Part shown: positions 24,773 through 32,937 of the stretch, in pieces
Position numbering within the stretch: position 1 is the stretch's first letter
Layout of the letters: every line of letters begins with the position of its first letter
Notes under the pieces: model-generated
Told to the model about the DNA's origin: nothing
Seen by the model: only the letters and a program-made list of their open reading frames with translations
Databases searched by the model: none
Made by a program: the position numbers and the translations under genes
NCBI GenBank assembly: GCA_905201305.1
Contig: CAJKNS010000001.1
Coordinates: forward strand, 1-42,325
DNA: 42,325 bases
Source of the DNA: an uncultured Eubacteriales bacterium
GTDB taxonomy: Bacteria > Bacillota > Clostridia > Oscillospirales > Oscillospiraceae
Direction: 5' to 3'

Positions 24773-26314
24773 ATGATTTTCGTGGCAAAGAAGGGTGGAA
24801 ATATCGTCATTATTGGCGGCGGCGCCAGCGGCATGACAGCGGCAATTCGCGCAAAGCAAAGAGGTGCAGAGCAGGTAATCCTGCTGGAAGCCAGTTCTGA
24901 ACTGGGCGGCAATGCGGTATACGCACCGGTACCGCTGCTGAAACCGGAGCAGCTCACCGAAGACGCAATTGAAAAAGAATATTTGGAAATGATGCAGTTC
25001 ACAGACTGGACCTCCGATCCCCGCATTGTAAGAACGCTGCTGGAGAATTCCGCAAGAATTCCTGCCTGGCTGGAGGAAAGCGGCGCTGATCTGAAAGAGG
25101 GAGAAAAGGACGGAAAGCTGGCAGCATTCTTGATCGCCAAGTGCTATGAGCTTGGCGTGGATGTCCGGCTGAACTGCTATGCAAAAAAGATATTGAAGGA
25201 CGCCAATGACTGGTGCAGCGGCGTCTGGGTGGAGCAGGACGGCAAGCATGAGGAAATTGAGGCAACCGTTGTGGTACTGGCAACCGGCGGTTTTCTGGGG
25301 GAAAATCGGCTCATGGAGCAGTTTTGCCCCTATTATGACGAGGTGTTTTTCGACGAGGTAGGTCATACCGGCAAGCTGTACAGCGGCAATGGTGTAGAAA
25401 TGGCGATCCGTGCCGGTGCCGGTGACGAGGGCATTAGTACCTTCGTATATACCGATGAAAAGCTGCCGTTCTACAAGGGCACGTTGACGCCCTGCCTCCA
25501 GACGGTCATTGACGATCCCTGCGCACTGGTCATCAACAATGTGGGCATCCGGTTTTCCAACGAAGCCCGCGCCACTTCCCCGGCAACCTATTATCATCAG
25601 CCCAATAAGGATATTTTCCGGGTTTATTCTCTGGACACCATCGAGACGCTGGCAGAAAAGTATCCCGGTGTTGTGACGGTGGAGAGCTTCCTGGAGGACA
25701 TCAAGCCGCTGATTGCAGCCGATCAGTGCCTGATTGCAGAGGACGAAAAGCCGATTGCCGCTTGGATTCGCGGAAAGTATCATATTCTGGGCACAGCCCT
25801 GGAGAAATACGCCCGCTACAGCCAGACCGGCCATGATGATGATTTCGGCAAGGATCCCAATACACTTCTGTCCTTTGGTCAGAAAAAGCCCTATTTTGTA
25901 TTCCGCAGCGGTCTTTCCCTTGGGTTTACCATGGGACCCATTAAGGTGAATCCCATGATGTCCTGTGTTACGAAGTTTGACGTTCCCACTGCGGCACTGT
26001 GCGCTTGCGGCTCTCTGATTGGCGACATTTTCACCACGCATTTTGTCTGCCTGGAGCGTTCCAGAGGGATTCGGTTCGCCATTGCATCCGGTCTTCTGGC
26101 GGGCGAGCATGCGGATATGTTCACCAGAGGCGGCGGTCCTGCCCCCAAATATACATGGCCCAGATTTACCGCAGAGCAGGTTATGGCTGGGGACTATTAC
26201 AATGTAGGTACGCCTGCGGGAGGAATCGGACCGGTTCAGCCCGGCGCGGAATTCGGCGCAACACCGAGAGAGCAAATGGAGCCGCCGAAGAACATGAGCC
26301 GTCTGGCGCACTAA
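24773..26314 (+). CDS. FAD-dependent oxidoreductase (fumarate reductase / 3-ketosteroid dehydrogenase-like flavoprotein family)
   Basis: Rossmann dinucleotide motif NIVIIGGGASGMTAAIRAKQRGAEQVILLEASSELGGNA near the N-terminus. VVLATGGF is typical of FAD_binding_2-type enzymes. The start is uncertain: ATG 24773, or GTG 24782 with better SD spacing. The track start 24701 is probably too early. Confidence 0.8.
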   Translation: MIFVAKKGGNIVIIGGGASGMTAAIRAKQRGAEQVILLEASSELGGNAVYAPVPLLKPEQLTEDAIEKEYLEMMQFTDWTSDPRIVRTLLENSARIPAWLEESGADLKEGEKDGKLAAFLIAKCYELGVDVRLNCYAKKILKDANDWCSGVWVEQDGKHEEIEATVVVLATGGFLGENRLMEQFCPYYDEVFFDEVGHTGKLYSGNGVEMAIRAGAGDEGISTFVYTDEKLPFYKGTLTPCLQTVIDDPCALVINNVGIRFSNEARATSPATYYHQPNKDIFRVYSLDTIETLAEKYPGVVTVESFLEDIKPLIAADQCLIAEDEKPIAAWIRGKYHILGTALEKYARYSQTGHDDDFGKDPNTLLSFGQKKPYFVFRSGLSLGFTMGPIKVNPMMSCVTKFDVPTAALCACGSLIGDIFTTHFVCLERSRGIRFAIASGLLAGEHADMFTRGGGPAPKYTWPRFTAEQVMAGDYYNVGTPAGGIGPVQPGAEFGATPREQMEPPKNMSRLAH

Positions 26315-26340
26315 GCCCTATCATTCAGACTGCTTGTTAT

Positions 26341-26387
26341 TTCCATGGCAGCAAGGCTGCGGAGCTTTGCGCCTTACTGCCATGGAA
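26341..26387 (+). other. strong intercistronic stem-loop between the flavoprotein and SBP-C genes
   Basis: TTCCATGGCAGCAAGGC (26341-26357) pairs with GCCTTACTGCCATGGAA (26371-26387). It is a 17-bp stem with one mismatch and no U-tract (followed by GAAAAATAA). Confidence 0.55.
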
Positions 26388-26412
26388 GAAAAATAATTCA
26401 TGGAGGTACAAT

Positions 26413-27879
26413 ATGAAAAAGAAAATGTTATGTGCAATGCTAGCTGCCGCGTTCTTGCTCTCCATGTTTGCGGGCTGCAGCAGCAATTCCGAAAGCAGCG
26501 CTGCCCCGGCATCTGCTGAGCCCAGTGCTGCATCAGAGGAGACAGCTGCCGTATCTGCCCCTGAACCGACGGCTACCGCTGCCCCCCAAACCCAAGAATC
26601 CTCCACGCCGGAAGAGAGCACACTGGAGGAGCCGGCGCACACGATCTCCTATCCCCTGGGCCAGCAAGGTGAGACAATTACCTTCTGGACGACCATCCCC
26701 GGCAACCAAACCGATATTTTTCCCAACGGCTATAACGACCATTTTCTGATTAACGACGTGGAAGAAGCCCTTGGCGTTGACCTGGACATTATTTCGGTTC
26801 CTCAGATTGCCATGGGCGATACAACGGACTTTGATTTGATGATTGCATCCGGTGACTGGCCGGATCTACTGAATGTAACCGGCTATAAGGGCGGCCTGAC
26901 GCAGGCATATTCCGATGAAATCATTCTGGAGCTGACCGACGAAATGCTCAGCGAGTATGCTCCCGCTTACTATAGCCTGCTGATGGCACAGACGCCGGAG
27001 AACATCCGTGCGACCCAAACGGAAGGCGCGTACTATGCGATGTATGGTATCACCAAGGGTGCGGGAGCCAACGCAAGCCGCGGAATGGTCATTCGGACGG
27101 ACTGGCTCAGCGAGCTGAACATGGATATCCCCTCCACGGTGGAAGAGCTGACCGAGATTCTCAAAGCCTTCAAACGTACCTATAACCCCCAATACCCCTA
27201 CTTTATTGAGGCGGACGCGGATCTTGTCTATATGTGTGCCGCATTTAACACGGATACCGTCGGCTACTACAATGACGGTGCGCTTCCTGTTTACCGCGAC
27301 GGCGATGAGGTAAAGGTTGCGTGGGCAACCAACGAACACCGGAAGTTCCTGGAATGGTTCAACGAATGCTATCAGGAAGGAATCTTTGAACCGTCCTTCT
27401 ACTCCACCGCTTCCGACCAGGCGGGTGATCGGTACTCCAACCTGATTAACGGTCAGATTGGCGTTTATGAGGATTCCCCCACCTCAATCGCCGACTGGAA
27501 GCAGTATGCCCTAAACGGTGAAACCGTGGAGGTTTCCTTCTTCCCCAACCTGGTGGACGAGAACGGAAATAACACCTGGGGCGAGGAGCAGCAGGTGATT
27601 GATTCCCGGTCTGCAATGTCCATCACAACCACCTGCCAGAATCCTGAACTGGCATTGGAGGTTCTGAACTACTTCTTCACGGAAGATGGCGCAATTATGG
27701 CGAACTATGGCATTGAGGGCTATAGCTTCAACTATGGGAAAAACGGCGAGGTAGAATATACGGAGCTGCTGAAGAACAGCGAGTATCAGCTGAGTATGCG
27801 CGCACTGCACGGTCTGTACTCCTGGAATCTGTTCCCCTACGATGATTCAACGGAGATGCACCAGCATACGCTTTATTGA
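26413..27879 (+). CDS. extracellular solute-binding lipoprotein SBP-C, apparently 3'-truncated (lacks about 90 C-terminal residues present in paralogs)
   Basis: The track ORF 25999-27879 is over-extended. ATG at 26413 has GGAGG 6 nt upstream and gives the lipoprotein signal MKKKMLCAMLAAAFLLSMFAGC. It aligns to paralogs up to ..NSEYQLSMRALHGLYSWNLFPYDDSTEM, then stops. The ...YQxAxDRY C-terminal segment is missing. Confidence 0.75.
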   Translation: MKKKMLCAMLAAAFLLSMFAGCSSNSESSAAPASAEPSAASEETAAVSAPEPTATAAPQTQESSTPEESTLEEPAHTISYPLGQQGETITFWTTIPGNQTDIFPNGYNDHFLINDVEEALGVDLDIISVPQIAMGDTTDFDLMIASGDWPDLLNVTGYKGGLTQAYSDEIILELTDEMLSEYAPAYYSLLMAQTPENIRATQTEGAYYAMYGITKGAGANASRGMVIRTDWLSELNMDIPSTVEELTEILKAFKRTYNPQYPYFIEADADLVYMCAAFNTDTVGYYNDGALPVYRDGDEVKVAWATNEHRKFLEWFNECYQEGIFEPSFYSTASDQAGDRYSNLINGQIGVYEDSPTSIADWKQYALNGETVEVSFFPNLVDENGNNTWGEEQQVIDSRSAMSITTTCQNPELALEVLNYFFTEDGAIMANYGIEGYSFNYGKNGEVEYTELLKNSEYQLSMRALHGLYSWNLFPYDDSTEMHQHTLY

Positions 27880-27891
27880 GAAGGCGCAGCG

Positions 27892-27966
27892 TTGCCTATT
27901 GACAAGGGCGTCCTTTTTATATACAATAGGCAATGCACATCGAATGATGCACATTGGTCGATGTGC
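27892..27966 (+). promoter_or_regulatory. consensus-like promoter TTGACA-17 nt-TACAAT embedded in two inverted repeats (candidate TetR operators)
   Basis: -35 TTGACA at 27899-27904 and -10 TACAAT at 27922-27927. IR1 is TTGCCTATTG (27892-27901) / CAATAGGCAA (27924-27933). IR2 is GCACATCGA (27935-27943) / TCGATGTGC (27958-27966). Confidence 0.7.
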
Positions 27967-27989
27967 TTCTAAATGAAAGGATACAGTCT

Positions 27990-28619
27990 ATGGCGCCAAA
28001 GAATAAATTCACAAAGGAAGAGATGATAGCGGCAGCGCTGCGCGTTGTGCGAACTCGGGGGATCGACGGTTTGACCGCAAAAACCATGGCAGAGGAGCTC
28101 GGCACGTCTACGCGTCCGATCTTCACCGGCTTTGGTTCCATAAAGGAGGTCAAGCAGGCAGTTTATGCCGCAGCGGTACGTGTATATGACGACTATACCA
28201 ATGCTGGCTTGGCAGAGGAAATTCCATTCCTTGGCGTTGGAACGCAGTATATCCGGTTTGCGCGGGAAGAACCGGAGCTTTACCGGCTTCTGTTTTTGAC
28301 GAAAGCTCAGGAATACAGCGCCGTAAAGTCCATGCAGCATTTACAGGCGATTGTCCGTCCGGCGCTGATGGGCATTTATCACATCACCGAGGACGAAGCG
28401 GACCTGTATTTCCGTGATCTCTGGCTTGTGGTGCATAGCCTGTCCACGCTGATCGTGACCGGAGACTGCCCCTATTCCGATCAGGAGATCGGTCAAATTC
28501 TGACTGGGTTCAGCATCAGCATCTTCAAAGCCATTCGGGAAATTCCCGGCTATGCGGTAGGTACCTTTGACCGCGACACAGCCTTTCGCACGTTGACCGA
28601 GACGAAGGCAGCGCGGTAA
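27990..28619 (+). CDS. TetR/AcrR family transcriptional regulator
   Basis: GAAAGGA lies 8 nt upstream of ATG 27990. The N-terminal HTH FTKEEMIAAALRVVRTRGIDGLTAKTMAEELGTSTRPIFTGFGS is typical of TetR. Confidence 0.85.
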   Translation: MAPKNKFTKEEMIAAALRVVRTRGIDGLTAKTMAEELGTSTRPIFTGFGSIKEVKQAVYAAAVRVYDDYTNAGLAEEIPFLGVGTQYIRFAREEPELYRLLFLTKAQEYSAVKSMQHLQAIVRPALMGIYHITEDEADLYFRDLWLVVHSLSTLIVTGDCPYSDQEIGQILTGFSISIFKAIREIPGYAVGTFDRDTAFRTLTETKAAR

Positions 28620-28649
28620 AATAATAAAAAGAAATGCCAGACGCTTAGA

Positions 28650-28696
28650 CGCAGTGCAGCCCACCGCTTATGTGGACCGGCACTGCGCCTTTTTTA
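28650..28696 (+). terminator. intrinsic terminator after the TetR gene
   Basis: CGCAGTGC (28650-28657) pairs with GCACTGCG (28680-28687), with an inner CCAC/GTGG pair, followed by CCTTTTTT. Confidence 0.65.
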
Positions 28697-28748
28697 GGAC
28701 CATGTGAATTGGGAAGAAAATAAGTCATTTTCGCGGAGGAATGAGACA

Positions 28749-29285
28749 ATGGAGATTAGGCGATTAGAGAAGACAATCTATGCAGGAGAAAAATTTACGG
28801 CTCACTATCAAACAAACGGCTATTATGATATTTGCGCCACCGAATCCGGATTTCAAATCCAATACATTCCCTTTGGAACGACGGTGGAGCGGTCCTTTGA
28901 CGATGTATTTTTCGGTGAATGGCTGGAAAATCCGGCTGCATTCGGCGCATTTGAAGACGAGAGGCTGGTTGGATTTGTCGAAGGAGCTCTGGAAAGCCGG
29001 AACAACCGTTTCAGAATCAGCAACATCTGCGTGTTTGACCACCAAAACCGCAGCGCCGGGGTTGGAACCATGCTGATGGAAGCCATCCAAAAGACAGCGG
29101 CGTCTGTTGGGGCACGGATGATTGTTTTGGAAACGCAATCCTGCAATGAAAATGCCATTGCGTTTTATCGAAAGAACAGATTTTCCATCATCGGCTTTGA
29201 TCTGTATGCCTATTCCAATACCGATCCGGACCGGCACGAAATCAGAATTGAAATGGGAAAGAAACTGATGGAAGAAAGGAACTGA
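28749..29285 (+). CDS. GNAT family N-acetyltransferase, streptothricin-acetyltransferase-like
   Basis: GGAGGA lies 8 nt upstream of ATG 28749. Its layout resembles streptothricin acetyltransferases as I recall them: N-terminal beta region, RNNRFRISNICVFDHQNRSAGVGTMLMEAI, then IVLETQSCNENAIAFYRKNRFSIIGFDLYAY. The subfamily call is from memory only. Confidence 0.7.
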   Translation: MEIRRLEKTIYAGEKFTAHYQTNGYYDICATESGFQIQYIPFGTTVERSFDDVFFGEWLENPAAFGAFEDERLVGFVEGALESRNNRFRISNICVFDHQNRSAGVGTMLMEAIQKTAASVGARMIVLETQSCNENAIAFYRKNRFSIIGFDLYAYSNTDPDRHEIRIEMGKKLMEERN

Positions 29286-29293
29286 GGGCAGAA

Positions 29294-30208
29294 ATGAATG
29301 ATCAGATCAAAATAGATCACCTGAGCAAATGCTTTGGAGCAGTAAAAGCGGTGCAGGATTTGAGCTTCCGCGTGAAGGAGGGAGAGCTGTTTGCGTTCCT
29401 GGGCGTCAACGGCGCAGGCAAGTCCACTACCATTAACATTATGTGCGGTCAGCTCTCCAAGGACAGCGGCACCGTGGAAATCGACGGTGCAGACCTGGAC
29501 CATGACCTTGACCACATCAAGCGGGAGCTGGGGGTGGTATTTCAGAATTCGGTGCTGGACGGAGCGCTGAGCGTGCGGGACAATTTGCAGAGCAGAGCTG
29601 CCCTGTACGGCATCAAGGGCGCGGAATTTGCCCGGCGTCTTTCCGAGCTTGCAGCGCTGCTGGATTTTGAGAAGATTCTGAATCGCCCGGTGGGGAAGCT
29701 CTCCGGCGGTCAGCGCCGGCGGATTGACATTGCAAGAGCGCTGCTCCATCGTCCTAAAATATTGATTTTCGACGAGCCCACCACCGGACTGGATCCGCAG
29801 ACAAGAAAGCTATTGTGGGACGTGGTCACAGAGCTGCGCAGGACCGAAAAGCTGACGGTATTTTTGACCACGCACTACATGGAAGAAGCCGCGGATGCGG
29901 ACTATGTTGTCATTCTGGACAGCGGAAAAATTGTCGGCGAAGGCACTCCGCTGCAATTAAAGAATATTTACGCGGGGGATTTCGTGATGATTTATGGCGT
30001 AGATGAAGCTGCCGTCAAAGCCCTTGGACGCGCTTATACACCGGTAAGGGACGGCTGGCGGATTGCAGTGGCAAATACCGGCGAGGCAACGAAGCTCATT
30101 ATAGAAAATCCCGCGCTTTTTGTGGACTATGAAATCACAAAGGGAAAAATGGACGACGTATTCCTGGCGGTAACCGGAAAAAAGCTGAATGGAGGGGAAG
30201 AGAAATGA
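29294..30208 (+). CDS. ABC transporter ATP-binding protein (ABC-2 / DrrA-like exporter type)
   Basis: Walker A GVNGAGKST, signature LSGGQRRRIDIARAL, and Walker B ILIFDEPTTGLD. Confidence 0.9.
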   Translation: MNDQIKIDHLSKCFGAVKAVQDLSFRVKEGELFAFLGVNGAGKSTTINIMCGQLSKDSGTVEIDGADLDHDLDHIKRELGVVFQNSVLDGALSVRDNLQSRAALYGIKGAEFARRLSELAALLDFEKILNRPVGKLSGGQRRRIDIARALLHRPKILIFDEPTTGLDPQTRKLLWDVVTELRRTEKLTVFLTTHYMEEAADADYVVILDSGKIVGEGTPLQLKNIYAGDFVMIYGVDEAAVKALGRAYTPVRDGWRIAVANTGEATKLIIENPALFVDYEITKGKMDDVFLAVTGKKLNGGEEK

Positions 30209-31095
30209 CGGGACTTGGCGCATTGATCAAACGAAACTGCAAGCTATTCTTTCGGGATAAGGGCATGTTTTTCACGTCCCTGATTACCCCGCTGATTCTG
30301 CTGGTGCTGTATGCAACCTTCCTGGCAAAGGTCTATCGGAATTCCTTTGCCGCCGCGATGCCTGCCGGATTTTCTGTGGAGGACGCGCTTCTCAGCGGCA
30401 CCGTGGGCGGTCAGCTTGTGTCCTCTCTGCTAGCGGTATGCTGTGTGACGGTGGCTTTTTGCTCCAATCTTCTGATGGTGCAGGATAAAACCAGCGGGGC
30501 AAGGCGAGATTTGACCATGAGTCCTGTCAAGCGGTCCACGCTGGCGCTGGGATATTTTGTGGCAAGCGCATTGGTGACGCTGATTATCTGTTTAGCGGCA
30601 CTGGGAATCTGCCTCATATATCTGTATGTGGTGGGCTGGTATCTGACCGCGGCAGATGTGCTGCTCATGTGTCTGGATACGGTGATTCTGGTGCTGTTCG
30701 GCACGTCACTGTCCTCCATCATCAACTGTAATCTCTCCACCAACGGGCAGGCGTCTGCGGTTGGCACCATTGTCAGCTCGGGCTACGGCTTTATTTGCGG
30801 CGCATATATGCCCATTTCCAATTTCGGCACAGGCTTGCAGAAGATACTGTCCTTCCTGCCCGGGACCTATGGAACTGCGCTGTTCCGAAACCATGCCTTA
30901 AGCGGCGTATATAAGGAAATGGCGCGGTGTGGGTTCCCCTCTGAGGTGGTGGATGGCATTCGGGATTCCATCGACTGCAATCTCTACTTCTTTGGAGAAA
31001 AGGTCAGCATTGGGGCAATGTATGGCGTAATGGCGATTACCGTTGCCGCGCTGATCGGCATCTACATTCTCATCAATCTGCTGAGAAAAAAGTAA
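30205..31095 (+). CDS. ABC-2 type transporter permease
   Basis: ATGA overlap with the ATPase gene. About 6 hydrophobic segments (FFTSLITPLILLVLYATFL, LLAVCCVTVAFCSNLLMV, and others). Confidence 0.8.
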   Translation: MTGLGALIKRNCKLFFRDKGMFFTSLITPLILLVLYATFLAKVYRNSFAAAMPAGFSVEDALLSGTVGGQLVSSLLAVCCVTVAFCSNLLMVQDKTSGARRDLTMSPVKRSTLALGYFVASALVTLIICLAALGICLIYLYVVGWYLTAADVLLMCLDTVILVLFGTSLSSIINCNLSTNGQASAVGTIVSSGYGFICGAYMPISNFGTGLQKILSFLPGTYGTALFRNHALSGVYKEMARCGFPSEVVDGIRDSIDCNLYFFGEKVSIGAMYGVMAITVAALIGIYILINLLRKK

Positions 31096-31115
31096 CATCA
31101 TAGGAGAAATGAAAA

Positions 31116-31403
31116 ATGAACACATTTTTAGATTTTATTCGAGCAGCTGCACCATGGGTGGCAATGGGTCTGCTGGTGATTATATTCTGTGTCCGCGGTG
31201 CAGCAAAGAATAAAAACGAAAAAAAGCAGGACGGCGATTATGGCACAGAGGGAATGTGCCTGGGAATGTGCTTTGGAACTGCCCTGGGCACAGCGCTTGG
31301 GAACAACACCGGCATCGGCATCTCACTGGGCATGCTGATTGGGCTTGCCGTTGGCATGTGCGTTCCGAGAAAGTCAAATGAGGGCGAAAAACGTGAAAAA
31401 TAA
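31116..31403 (+). CDS. small membrane protein with glycine-zipper-like segment
   Basis: AGGAG lies 9 nt upstream. TM segment WVAMGLLVIIFCV plus GMCLGMCFGTALGTALGNNTGIGISLGMLIGLAVGMC. Confidence 0.55.
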   Translation: MNTFLDFIRAAAPWVAMGLLVIIFCVRGAAKNKNEKKQDGDYGTEGMCLGMCFGTALGTALGNNTGIGISLGMLIGLAVGMCVPRKSNEGEKREK

Positions 31404-31433
31404 GGTCGATTTCGTTTGGAGCAAAGGCAATTT

Positions 31434-31664
31434 ATGAAAATCAGAGACAGCATCCAATCCTATCTCGCGCTATTTCTCTTTGGCAATCTTGCGGGAATCA
31501 TTTGCAGACTGTCGGATTTCTTTCCATATGAAAGTCTGTGGAGCTTGCCGTCCATTGCCACCTTATTCGGCTTTTGGATTGCCAGCGTAGGAATCATCAC
31601 CTATTGCAGCGCATCCAACCGTGGGGCTTTTCTTCATACATTCGGCGCAGAAGCAGAGGAGTAA
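31434..31664 (+). CDS. hypothetical membrane protein, possibly a truncated remnant
   Basis: ATG 31434 (MKIRDSIQSYLALFLFGNLAGIICRL...). It has two or three hydrophobic segments, then ends abruptly in a decayed region. Confidence 0.3.
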   Translation: MKIRDSIQSYLALFLFGNLAGIICRLSDFFPYESLWSLPSIATLFGFWIASVGIITYCSASNRGAFLHTFGAEAEE

Positions 31665-31744
31665 GAGAATTACAAGAATTACGCAGAAAAATGAGACGAA
31701 TTCACAGTTTTCATGCAACTGGAGTTGGAAAGGACACCGTCACC

Positions 31745-32780
31745 ATGCAGAAACCACTTTACAAGCAGCTGTACGCGCAGTTTTACCGTGGGAACATCCC
31801 CATATTTGCCCTTGCAATCTTTGCGGCACTGGCAAGCGGAAGCCTGAACCTGATTCTCTCATGGATCATCGGACAGCTCATTGACGCGGCATCCGGTGCC
31901 GTAGGCGCAATGCCGCTGACGGTTCTGATAAGAATCACAGGCGGCTTTGTACTGCTGTGCGCGGTGCTGTTTTTGCTGAAATTCGCGTCAGAGCCGCGGT
32001 TCATTGCCCGTGCTATGGAGCAGTATAAGGACTTTGCATTTCAAAAGCTCACGGAAAAGAGCATCGCGTCCTTCCGGGATGAGAGCACAGCGGCATATCT
32101 TTCCGCGCTGACCAACGATGCTGCCAGCGTGGAGGCAGATTACCTCTCCCAGCAGCTTTTCCTGATTACGAAGTCGGTAACATTTCTCGGCGCACTTTGC
32201 ATGATGCTCTGGTATTCGCCGCTGCTGACTGCCGTGGCGGTGGGCGTGACGCTTCCTCCACTGTGTGCATCTCTGCTGACAGGCAGCCGATTGCAGGCGG
32301 CGGAACAGCGGGTCTCCCAGTGCAATCGGGATTTTACCGCTGCACTGTCCGACTGTCTCAGCGGATTTACCGTGGTCAAAACCTTCAAGGCGGAACGGGA
32401 AATCCTTCGCCTTTTTGCAAAAACCAATCGCGCATTGGAACAGGAGAAGTTCAGCCGACGGAGATTAGATGAATTTCATGATCGAGCCGGTGGCAGAGCT
32501 TCCCGCGCTGCTGGCAGGCCGAAAAGCGGCGCTGGGGCTTGTGGACCGGCTGGAAAAGGCGCTGGACGCAGAAACTGCCCATCAGGTTTCCAGCGACATT
32601 CTGGACCTCGGCGGTATTACCCGAATTGTTGTAACCCACACTTTGGAGGAAGCGCTGCTGCGCCGCTATGACGGAATTCTTGTGCTGAAAAACGGCGAAA
32701 TTGCCGAATTTGGGCGCTTTGATGCACTGATGGAGAAGAAGGGCTATTTCTACGCGCTGTTTACGGTAGCGCAGCAGTGA
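31745..32780 (+). pseudogene. remnant of a fused TMD-NBD ABC exporter (MsbA-like type) with a frameshift and internal deletions
   Basis: Frame 2 from ATG 31745 encodes an exporter TMD (MQKPLYKQLYAQF...ILRLFAKTNRALEQEKFSRRR), then degenerates. Frame 0 (32469-32780) continues with the TMD end (IEPVAELPALLAGRKAALGLVDRLEKAL). That segment is joined directly to the extreme C-terminus of an NBD (DAETAHQV..ITRIVVTHTLEEALLRRYDGILVLKNGEIAEFG). Walker A, signature and Walker B are absent. Confidence 0.7.
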
Positions 32781-32937
32781 TGCTCGCAGCCCCTGTCTCT
32801 CTTTGCGTTAAACCGGGTTGTGGAACCCGGAATGTTGGCAGAACACTGATTGGCGTTCCATTCACCCAGGCAGGCGTTCTCCCGCTTGCCAAGCGCAAAC
32901 GTCGAAGCCATTGCAAAAATACCCCATCTAACGCAGT

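Noticed and set aside
14344-26314. Calling the locus a bile-acid-inducible (bai) 7-alpha-dehydroxylation operon because it has NTF2-like (BaiE-like fold), SDR and flavoprotein genes.
   Set aside because: No CoA ligase, CoA transferase, BaiCD/BaiH-type flavoenzymes or BaiG-type transporter is present. The NTF2-like proteins are 245-303 aa with extra tails, unlike the ~170-aa BaiE. Only a loose mechanistic analogy is justified.
25999-27879. 626-aa ORF for SBP-C starting inside the flavoprotein gene.
   Set aside because: The upstream part overlaps the 3' end of the FAD oxidoreductase in another frame. ATG 26413, with GGAGG, yields a canonical lipoprotein signal peptide like the other SBPs.
31109-31213. 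Short alternative ORF (ATG 31109) overlapping the start of the 95-aa membrane protein gene.
   Set aside because: It is in a different frame and has poorer SD spacing. Its product has no hydrophobic or other recognisable features. The ATG 31116 frame gives a coherent TM plus glycine-zipper protein.
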